From Isurus oxyrinchus (taxonomy: Eukaryota), in contig JANJGN010000023.1 of the NCBI GenBank assembly GCA_026770705.1, positions 13,578,001-13,642,000 on the forward strand: DNA of 64,000 bases, read 5' to 3'. Below the pieces are notes generated by a model. The model saw only the letters and a list, made by a program, of their open reading frames with translations. It did not search any database and was not told the origin of the DNA. A program made the translations under genes and the position numbers. Below, one piece after another: positions 54,046-64,000 of this stretch (its first letter is position 1; each line of letters opens with the position of its first letter).

Positions 54046-54511
54046 AACACTTAGAAAGGGGCTTGCAAAATTCTGAAAAATTTCTTACAAAATTCTTTGA
54101 AAAACAGGAATTGGAGGATAATACATTTTCAATACACACCACACCACTGATCACCACAGACGAACTGCGCCAAAGAAGGGAAAGTAATCTACCCCCTAGA
54201 CCTTCACCAATGCTGCTCTGAATTGGTCATTGAGGGGTGGCAAGAGGAATCTACCACCGTCATTTTGCACTGTCGAGCTTCTTGGGTTCATGAATATTCT
54301 ACCAGCGACTGCTCAGTTCAATTTTTTTAAAATCCAATTCACTCCCCAGCTCTCCTGAAAGGGTTAGCCATGAATGCTGATAGGCCTCCAGCCCCTTGCC
54401 TGAGTAAATATTCTTCACATGCAATCCTGATCTTTGAGGATCAGCAAGTTAATCGACTACGGAGGTGTCACAGCCAAGACTAATCAATTCCACCATATGC
54501 ATACTTATCAA

Positions 54512-54682
54512 CTGTGGCTTAGCGGTAGCACTCTTGCCTCAGAGTCTGAAGGTCATGGGTTCAAGTCCACTCAAGAGACTTGAACACAAAATCCAAGCTG
54601 ATACTCCAATGTGAGTACTGAGGGAGTGCTGCATTGTGTCTAGGATGACACATTAAGTTGAGGCCCTATTTGCCTTCTCAGG
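54512..54682 (+). mobile_element. tRNA-SINE 5' half with Pol III A and B boxes
   Basis: A box TGGCTTAGCGG (54515-54525) and B box GGTTCAAGTCC (54558-54568), followed by SINE body sequence rather than a tRNA acceptor stem. Confidence 0.7.
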
Positions 54683-56549
54683 CATAAATCAGCCATGCAG
54701 ACAGTTAAAATGCCCTTAGTTCTTCCCCTACGCCAATCCTGCCAACTTCCCACGGATTGTGATTTTAACCAGCTCTCTTAGGCACACACGCAGCACATCC
54801 ACTGGGAGGCAGGGGATTCTGCTTTAAATATGAAGATTGAGCTCTGGGTAATGTCATCAGGCCCTTGACTGCAATTTTAACCTAACACCTGCTTTCTCCT
54901 CCAGGGCCCCATAAGGAAACTTGGAGCCTTACCTGCCCCAGCATCCCTCACCCCTACCGCAAAACCCTCCTTACCCTATTTCTAAGCATTCACCTCACTG
55001 CCTGTCCTGCAGGTCAACATGGCGGCCTTCTGCTTCCTCTAACACGTTCCCTCATATCGGCTAGATGGGGTTTCCTACCACGGACAAGCAGGAGACGGAT
55101 GGTGTCTGTGCGGATGAGGTCCGAAAGTTAAAAGCTCCTGCGTCTCACGCTGCAGAGGGTCAGATATTTTTCCGTCTGCCTCGGCTCCCACATGCACAAC
55201 TCCCACTGAGAATTAAAAGCTTTCACATCAACACCCTAGAGAATTCTGGTGAAGTTCACTCTAGCTCATGACTGCCATGGTAAGGTGAGCTATAATGGCT
55301 AGAGATGCCACCAAGAGTCGTGTGGAAACAAGCTGGGCTGAGGAACGTTCTGGAGATTTGTTCAGACACTATTTATGTTGCTTCTTAATGCAGCATAAAT
55401 GTGATGCTGAAACCCACAGCTCAATGTGTCAAAACTCACACCAGACCATCATTTTGGACTAAATTTATGCTGGAGGAATTAAAGTCTTCACTGGATTCAT
55501 CCCAAATTAGTCTCCAGCAAAAAGAGAGCTTTTGTTCTCTGACTTTATGGAAGATTTTGGCCTAAGATAGGATCTAACAGCCAAGCTTAATGATCTCTGA
55601 GTGGAAGTGTCAGCTTGACTTTACTGATGTAACAAACAGTGGCTGCAACTCCATATGGTTTCTGTGATTAATTGAGACTTGGGAAGTGCGTTACTGCCTG
55701 ACATTCTGAGCTACTTTAGCGTGTGGTAACCTGTAATTGGAAGCTGGCGAGTAGGTAGCTGCTCCGTCCGACCTTCGCTCATTTGTTTCACAGGGGCGCT
55801 GTCATTTATGTCTGGGAGCATGATGAAGTACAACATGGTAATTACCCCCAAAACAATAGGGTCAGAAGTGCTTGGAGAAGCAGGGAGCTGTGACAGAGTG
55901 AAAAATGTCAGGTATCTGTTACTGTCAACCTCCAAAAAGACACCATTCATCACCACTATTAGGCATCAAACAGGAACTAGCGATGTGTAAATTTAATTAG
56001 ATAGACAAAAGTCACAGGAAGCCAGGGAGAGGTACTTACAACAGAGCAAATGATAGTAATGTGGGATTGGAGGGAACAGCTACATCTCTTTGCAATTCAA
56101 AAGAGGCCAACGGTTTTAAAGGTTTTCTCTTACTGGTCCCCCCAAATTTTGCACTGAATGGGCCAGCTTGGCATTGCTCCTTTAAATGTTGAGTTGTCAA
56201 CATACGGTGTCATCTGGCTCCTTCCCAAATCTAATCTGTTATCAGCCTGCTTGAGAGGTGTTCTGCAGTCCAAAATCTTAAACACTAGCTTTAAACGCTG
56301 TGCTCTCCTTTTATTCAATTTCATTCTTGTAACATGAAGTTGATTAAATAAAGTGAGTTTTCCTGCTTATGCTCAACACTCATTAAGACAATTTTGACAA
56401 CTGACATCCAACTAATGGAGATGTGGCCAGTGACGTATTCCTTTGCAGTGAGAATATAAGAATTTTAGCAACAGGAAAGGGTGGTTTGCTGAAAAAGCTA
56501 GTCCTTTTTTCCCCAGAATAATCTCTATCCCCCTCCTTTTATAATCTCT

Positions 56550-57027
56550 CAACAACAACTTGGATTTTTATAGCACCTTTAACGTAAGAAAACATTCCAA
56601 GACATTTCACAGGAGAACATTCCTTTGACTCTGTGTTAATTTTTCTTGAGATATTTGGATAGATGACTGAAAGCTTGGTCAATAAGGCAGGTTTAAAAGG
56701 AGAATCTTAAAGGAGAAGATGGTGGAGAGAAGGGGTGATATAGGGTGGACACTTCAAAGCTTAGGGCTGAATGTTCAGTTGCCAATGAGGAGGCAAAGAG
56801 AGTGGGAGATTCATAAAAGTCCAGATTCGGAGGATCGCAGAATTTTTTCAATGGTGTAGGGCTAGAGAAGGTTACAGAGATAGAGGGGGTGAGGCAATGG
56901 AGGAATTTGAATACAAGGATGAAAACTTTAAAATTGGCGTGATTGTAGACAATAAGCAATGGAGGTCAGCAAATACAATGGTGACAGGTGAATGGGACTT
57001 GGTTCAGGTTAGAATGTGGGCAGCAGA
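56550..57027 (-). mobile_element. L2 LINE 3' fragment
   Basis: Reverse-complement similarity to 17340-17925, including the CAACAACAACTTG tail. Confidence 0.7.
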
Positions 57028-58132
57028 ACCCTTCCTTTCTCTCTCCGGAAATATCCTCATTGTTTTTCGAACCCAATTATGTAGACACCACTCAAAGCAT
57101 CAAGTGTAGTCAATTTATGGAACTGATTATGTAAGTTTCTACATAATTCCCAGCAGTTCACAATGACTGAGATCTTTAGAATGAGAAGCTTGAATCAGGG
57201 CTTCAACTTTCCCTGATTGTCTCTTTAGTTGATTTCTAATTTCCTGGAACTGACGACTCGGGACCTTGGACAACATGTGGAAAGATCATTATTTTTTCGT
57301 ATTAAGCTTCTCTATTTGAGTTACCTTCGGTAAACGCCAGGGATGCCTCAAACATTTCGCTCAATTGTACAAGTAGAAGGATAGGTTTGGTTATGAACAG
57401 GTAGCTGCAGTTGGTCCCTCAACACTGATAGAACCCTTGCTCAAATCAAGGCTTGGGTTTACAACAAAAAGAACATAATATAAAGACCACTGCAGATTTC
57501 TCATCCCACCATTCAACCTTTTTATTTCCTCCAACTTATCCTTGCAGTTATACTAATGGTAAAAATGCTGATGTGAGAGTAAAAATTGATGGTCTGGTAG
57601 TACATCAGCTTCAAGCTAAATTGAAAGGTCCACACAATTTCCCAGCAAAAATATATTAGCAATAGATTTAAAGGAAAGAGAACAGGCTTTTTTTAAGTGG
57701 AAGCATGAAGATTGGATTAGTGGCACTTAACTATCTTATAATAAGCAATCCATATGATGAAGCAAATTACTAGGACATTTCTGCCATTTGCACTCTGTGA
57801 ACTGACAAACTATTCACAATTGACCAAATGAGCGAAAATAAATTTACAGTTCATATGCACTATGTGACCCGGAAGCACTGCTCAAGCAAGTTGAGGAATC
57901 CATGCCCTTCAGGCAATACTCTTTCACAAATCATTACGTTTAATGTATGTGCCCTCTAGTGGACCAGCAGTACATTATTTAATAATGAACCGGGTTGCAA
58001 ATTTTCCTGTAATCCACCATTCAGTTGGAAATGTTTCAAATCTTACTTCTAAAATCTGCTATACCTTCATGGTCCACAATACAAATCCAACATCCAAGTC
58101 TCATCATAATATCAGTGGCATGCTCAGTCACG

Positions 58133-58575
58133 CAAACTTGCATTTATATGGTGTCTTTCACAGCCACAGGACATCCTCAAAACCTTTATGGCCAATTAAG
58201 TGCTTCTGAAGTGGAGTCATTGCTATAATAAAGGAATCACGACAGACAATTTGTGTACAAAAAGCTCCCACAGACAGCAAACTGTTAATGACCAGAAAAC
58301 CAGCTTTTGTGATGCTGTTTGAGATGCTATTTGAGGGATAAATATTGGCCAGGACACGAGAGATAACTCCCATTCTCTTCTTCTAAATTATGCCATTGGA
58401 TCTTTTGCATCGACCTGAAAGAACAGACAGTTTAATGTCTCATCTAAAAGATAATATCTCTGACAGTGCACTGGAGTGTCATGTTTGATATTTTGTGCTG
58501 AAGTCCTGGAATACGATTTGAACCTACAACTTTCTGATTCAGAGGTGAGAATGTTACCAACTGGCAGTCCCACAT
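58133..58575 (-). mobile_element. Near full-length Deu-domain tRNA-SINE
   Basis: Collinear with 28781-29210 from tail (ACTTGCATTTATAT) to tRNA-like head. Confidence 0.7.
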
Positions 58576-59499
58576 CATGTTCCATTGCTTTCATCTTCAA
58601 ATGGCAACCAAAACTGGCTCATAATAAGGAAAGTGTATTGGTATTCTAAATTACAGACACCTCAGTGAGCTAGCAAAAATTCTGTAATGCAATCAAGGAA
58701 TTCCAAGGGAAAAAGAAATACTTAAGATTTATATACCTTGTCAAGTCGGATCATCTCAAACTACTTTGAATTGCTTTTTAAATGCAGTGACTGTTGTTAT
58801 ATAAGCAAAATGATACACCAATACAGCCAGAGCTTTTCTGATGTGATTGACGATGGTACCTTAACCCATTTGATTTAACTGCTCTGTTGTATTTCACTAA
58901 CAGCTATCCATTGGCTTCTCTGTATACTACACAAACAGCTCTACTATTCCAACCTTTTTTGCTAAATAGCTATATTCTCAATGTAGTCTTTATTAAACAC
59001 CAACTATTATTTATTTAAAGTGGCAAATTACATTTCACAATATTTGATGTTTGGATGTGGAGATCAAGAAAATAATGGAATGGGCCAAGATCATTCAGCC
59101 CATTCACTCCACACTGTAATGGCCTCTGACTAACCCCATCCAAACTTTCTGTGCAGATGATTTAAATCAGGTATAACTTCTAAAAAGACAAAATGATTAT
59201 CTTTTTCCAACTATTGTGCTCTGCTTTGAACAACTTACTATCGCATTTCACAAGTTTATGCTTATAAACTTGACTTCTAGGGTCTGCTAGTTATACGTCT
59301 TTCTTAAAGATGCTCAGTGAACTAGTACCAAGTTCAATGGAGCTATACGTCATTCATCAATTCAGAAGGAAAAAGCTCCAACAAATCTCCAACCTCGAAA
59401 GTTTGATTCTGTGAACCATTCTTCACTTGCATTTATTGCTGCCCATCCTTAAGGAACTCATCAGAACTTCACTTTTCTCTACGCTGATTACAGGATAAC

Positions 59500-59952
59500 A
59501 GAATTGTTGCAGTGCAGGAGGCCATTCAGCCCACTGTATCTGCACCAGCTCTCTGAATGAGCAATTCATTCGTGCCATTCTTCCACCTTCTCCCCGTAAC
59601 CCTGCAAATTCTTCCTTTTCAGATAATAGTCTAATTCCCTTCTGAATGTTTTGATTGAAGCTGCCTCCACCACACTCTCAGGCAGTGCATTCCAGACCCT
59701 AGCCACTTGCTGCGTGGAAAAGTTTTTTCTCATATCACTTTTGCTTCTTGTATCAATTATTTTAAATCTGTGACCTCTTGTTCTTGATCCTTTCATGAGT
59801 GGGAACAGTTTCTCCCTCTCTAATCTGTCCAGGCCCTCATGATTTTGAATACCTCTATCAAATCTCCTCTCAGCCTTCTTTCCTCCAGGGGAAACAGTCC
59901 TAACTTTTCCAATCTATCTTCATAACTGAAGTTGCCCACCCCTGGAACCATT
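59500..59952 (-). mobile_element. CR1 LINE 3' fragment
   Basis: ORF 59566-59796, SRTRGHRFK..RKNFSTQQVARVWNALPESVVEA, is the CR1 ORF2 C-terminus. Confidence 0.88.
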
Positions 59953-60024
59953 AGATCTGGCTCGAGCTAAAACTTCTTATTTAATACAGATTTCATGTAG
60001 TCTCATTGTCAAACATTCTTAGAG

Positions 60025-60243
60025 CGGCATCTTCATCAGCTTAGGCCTAAACTCTGGAGTTTGCTCCTAAACCTCTCCTCCTTTAAGGTGTTCCTTGGAC
60101 CTGCATCTTTGGTCAAACTTTCAGTGATCTGTACGATTATCTCCTTATGTGGTCCAGTGTCAAGGTTTGTTTGATAAGGCTCCCATGAAACATCTCTGAA
60201 TATTTTACCATGTGAAGAGCACTATGTAAATGCCAGTTGTTGC
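60025..60243 (+). mobile_element. L2 LINE 3' tail fragment
   Basis: Similar to 17700-17925. Confidence 0.6.
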
Positions 60244-61961
60244 AGTAATAAATTGGTGTTACATAATTAGTGGGATTTATGAACAATGCAGTTAGTTGCG
60301 CAACTTGACCTCTGACTTCTTATCCTACAACTAGTGACCAACTCTTTGCCCCACTCATACGCATTACCCAACCCCATTCCCGTACTACAGTACACGGAAG
60401 CATTGATCTACATTATTACTTATAAGGGTGCAGATTGTTGGACCTCTGATGGCCTAGTAGTCAAAGGCATGAACCAAGAATAGCATTGAGCTATAAAGTG
60501 GACATGGTTTAATTCCTGGAATTTGCTCAGCCAACTGATCTCACATACAAGTTGAAGTTTCAATTTCAGTTGACCTCAGCATCCTTTAACGAGGAGGGAT
60601 TTTAAAAAAAATTGAGACAGAGCCCCCCCCCCCATCTTTTGATCCCCTTCTAGCAATTCACAGTGGCACATGCACATTCCTAGATGTTGAGGGGAAGACC
60701 ACATCAGGACGGTTAGGTAATTCCATTCAATAACCCGCCAACAATCAATTTTGTTGCTAAAATGCAAAGAATGCTTTCATGGATGTGGTACTGAAAACCG
60801 ACAACACCCGCGGAACCGTACACAGCAAGAGTTAATACTTGGCAGGGAGAAGGGAAAAAATGAAAATGCAACAGTATTTTGCATTGCTAGCAGTGTGGAA
60901 CACTCCCTGTTCTCTATTCGTGTTAATGATCAGCTGCTTTACTGTTTAACTTGGCAAGTCTCAAATGTGCATAAGATGCGTTAGCACTCGTTCAGAGTGG
61001 ACCCGTTTGACATTGCCAACAGTCATACCATACAGAAAAAACTATTATGGTTTATGATATCATATGAACCATTCATTGTGTTATTGCTATGTAATTATTA
61101 TTCTGTACATTTTTTTTTCCATTTAGCTATGGCCTCCACAATGGTGATTAATGAGATTCAGAGCTTCCTGCAATGCAAATTTAGGCACCTCAGTGTAAGA
61201 AATTACAGTTTGTGATATTAACATATGCAGGCTTTATATTCAACAATGTTATTTTTCTGCAGATGCTAACCTAAAATTCGACAAGTTAATGCCTGCAGTA
61301 AGCAAGTGGACAAAGGAACTTCATGTGATCAAATGAAGCACTGAGATGTGAATATAAACAGTATTTTCTAAGTTATTAACTCAGCATCCCAACTATTCCA
61401 TTTTTGTAAAAAAAGTTCCAATTAAGGCAAAAAAATGGTTTTGAAAGAAATGAGAGGTCAAACAGTCCATCCACTTTACACCTGCCAATAAGCACATGGC
61501 GCTCCTGCGGGCTTGTTTAGGGACTGGGGCCTCCATTCACCACTACCACAGAGAGGGGCAGAGATTTCCTACAACAGCAGCTACTGTGTTCTTGGACGCA
61601 CAGGAGTGAGGACCTCTGTGCCTGATCTCCTGCAGGAGAAAATGGACCCTGATTGGGATCGAGGATCAAAGACAAAATCATGGCCCGCAACACTACCACT
61701 ACCCACAACCAACTCAACCCAAAGAAAGGGTCAGTAGCTTATCTTTTTATTTTTCTATAAATGAGATCCCCTGTTTGTGTGTGGTGACGGGGGAAGAAAA
61801 GCCATCCCCTTCAACAGGACAGGCAAGGTGCACCTATCTATCTGGTCTGTGGATAAAATTCAGGGGTTCCTGAGAATTGCGAACAGACACTGGCCCAATA
61901 CAAATTTAGCGCTCTCCCACAATTTCATCACACCCTACCTGCATCAGCATTCCAGCGAGGA

Positions 61962-62008
61962 CAACAGCAGTTTAAGGGCTGGCAACAGCAGTTTAAGGGC
62001 TGGCAACA
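61962..62008. repeat. Perfect 21-bp tandem duplication
   Basis: CAACAGCAGTTTAAGGGCTGG x2 plus CAACA. Confidence 0.9.
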
Positions 62009-62675
62009 CAGCCTTTGGGATTTCAGGGCTTGAATATACAGGGTGGCCTCAGGGCACAGTTTATTCCATCCCAGAACAGTGGGACACATTTCAGGCCCGT
62101 GACACACAGCTCATGATTGCCACTAGACTGCTGGGAGGCAGTGTGCTGGTTTCCCCTAGAGACTGCTGGCAGAAAATCAAGGGTGCTCCTCCGTGCCTTA
62201 CAGAATTCAGTTACATAATGGCAAAGTCAGAGCTTCAAGGGCTGGTCATTGTCCCTTTCTCAGAGGGGGAATTGTGCTAATGTGGTCATAAAGGTACTTT
62301 AAAAGTAATGTCTTTGTACAAGCAAATCCCCCATCAATGCAGTAAAAAGAATGATATTTTAAGCAGTAAAGCAAGTGTGGCTATTTTTAAAGTTAAACAC
62401 ATATCTTTAAACTACATGATCACAGATGTTAAATGTTAAAATTTTAATTTCCTCCCCTGATATGATGAAACCGGTGAGTCACAAGCAGCAGTTTAAAACA
62501 TGATGCTTGGGAACCTGCCAAGATTAGGCAAATAGCAAGCCTGATGTGATACATCATTTACATGCATGTCAAACTGTTGTAATATTTCAACATTTTGGAG
62601 ATGAAAATTATGGGGAAAGGAAAAAAGAACTGTGAAATGACAAAGCAGCAGCTCCCAGGTCAGATGAAGCACAAA

Positions 62676-63410
62676 GGTCCAGATATTTAAGGGCAGACAG
62701 GGAGAGAGCGGGGGTGCATAGTCACAGTGGAAAACCTGGTAATCCCAGGTAGGCAGAGAACTGAACGACTTTAATGGCAGGATCGTATTAACATTTTTTT
62801 ACTCCATTTCTCACCCGTACAGATTGAGACACAGCCAGCTGTCTGACAGGGATGCCTGTGATAGGGAGACTGTAGTGATCATAGAGGGTTTGGCTTTTGT
62901 TGGGTGGGGGCTGAGGCATGTAGCAAAGCAGGGACCAAGGGAGTGATGCAGAAGTGGGGGGTGTTGGGAGGTTTAGCCAAACGTGGGGAGAGGGGGTAGA
63001 TCTTAGGGAGGGGAGGGGAGGGGTGGGGTGGGGTATTTCAGTAAGTCGAGGAGCGGGTGAGATTGTGACAGAAGGCTTGCATTGGGGTCAGAGTGGAATT
63101 GGTCCTGTTCCTCCTGGTCCACCAGCAGTGCTGGAAAAGCTCTTCCCTGCTGGATTGACATCTTCCCATCTTATTTCAGCTGCCCAGTTTCCAGAGTCCC
63201 GGAACACCCGAACTACAGCCGTTAAATTTAAATGGCTGCCAAAATCTGACAGATGGAACCTCACTAATAAAATCAGTGAAGTGCTTCTCTAGAGCAGGTT
63301 ACTCAGCCAACCCCAAACTCATTGCAGTTAAAGTAGAAGATGGAGCATTTGCAGTGCACTTCTCATTTTTACGACCCGCACCATCCTCTGTGGAGGGTTA
63401 AAATCCCCCC
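62676..63410. mobile_element. Probable old TIR element with G-rich interior
   Basis: GGTCCAGATATTTAA ... TTAAAATCCCCCC imperfect inverted ends; architecture like 12359-13320. Confidence 0.4.
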
Positions 63411-63639
63411 AATAATACCAATTTAGTTCTACAGTAATTAGTACAAATGGGGAACATTGCCTGAGTCAGAGTAATTTCAAAGTGAAATGTTTCTGCACAG
63501 AGGCATATATACAATGATAACAGAGGCAAAAATACAATGTATTACATTAAATAAATTCTGGAGCAGTTGCACTTTTAACTAACCATCATCTTGCATCTTA
63601 CAATATACTTGCTTATAAGCTAAGTTTATCTGTAATTAA

Positions 63640-63850
63640 CAATAACAACAACTTGCATTCATATAGTACCTTTAACATAATGAATGGCCCAAGTGCTTCA
63701 CAGTGACATTAGCAGACGACACGAGCCACATGTGGAGATATGAGGACTGTTGACTAAAAGCTTGGTCAAAGACTTAGGTTTTAGGGAGCATCTTAAAGGA
63801 AGAAAGAGAGCTGAAGAGGTTTAGTAAGGGAATTCCAGAGATTAGAGCAC
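63640..63850 (-). mobile_element. L2 LINE 3' fragment
   Basis: Reversed tail AACAACAACTTGCATTCATATAG...AAAGCTTGGTCAAAGA. Confidence 0.65.
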
Positions 63851-64000
63851 CCATTAAGAGAACAAACTCAGATCCTTTCTGGACTTTAATGAATGTTCTA
63901 GAGCAAAGACAGTGAATTAATCTGGGATACAGTTCTAGGTTTGCCATAAGAGATTTAAACTTAATGCTTGCCTGTAACTTTTCACATGAAGTTTCCAGCT

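Noticed and set aside
54512-54585. Possible tRNA gene
   Set aside because: A and B boxes are present but there is no acceptor stem, and the sequence continues into a SINE body.
61777-62280. Longest ORF (167 aa)
   Set aside because: GTG start, antisense to RARA, no recognisable domain; its repeated NSSLRAG is just the 21-bp duplication.

Overview
This is vertebrate genomic DNA, most likely from a cartilaginous fish (shark-type repeat content: CR1 and L2 LINEs, Deu-domain and other tRNA-SINEs, Penelope-derived palindromes, GG..AATTTT TIR elements). The only host-gene coding sequence I can support is the first coding exon of the retinoic acid receptor alpha 1 isoform (RARA) on the minus strand: exon about 14001-13451, CDS 13625-13451, phase-1 GT donor. 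By inference the rest of the window is RARA intron (upstream intron 14002-64000, downstream intron 1-13450) filled with decayed transposons. These include a full-length but dead Gypsy LTR element (35557-40122). Nearly all listed ORFs are chance ORFs or transposon remnants. I found no convincing new multi-gene system. The best leads are (1) short Penelope-like insertions, mostly palindromic, three with target-site duplications and three with hammerhead-ribozyme cores; (2) five short uORFs in the RARA1 leader; (3) a consensus DR5 retinoic-acid response element in the downstream intron, possibly inside a Harbinger-type remnant. Repeat boundaries were read by eye and are approximate, and family names come from recalled consensus sequences.
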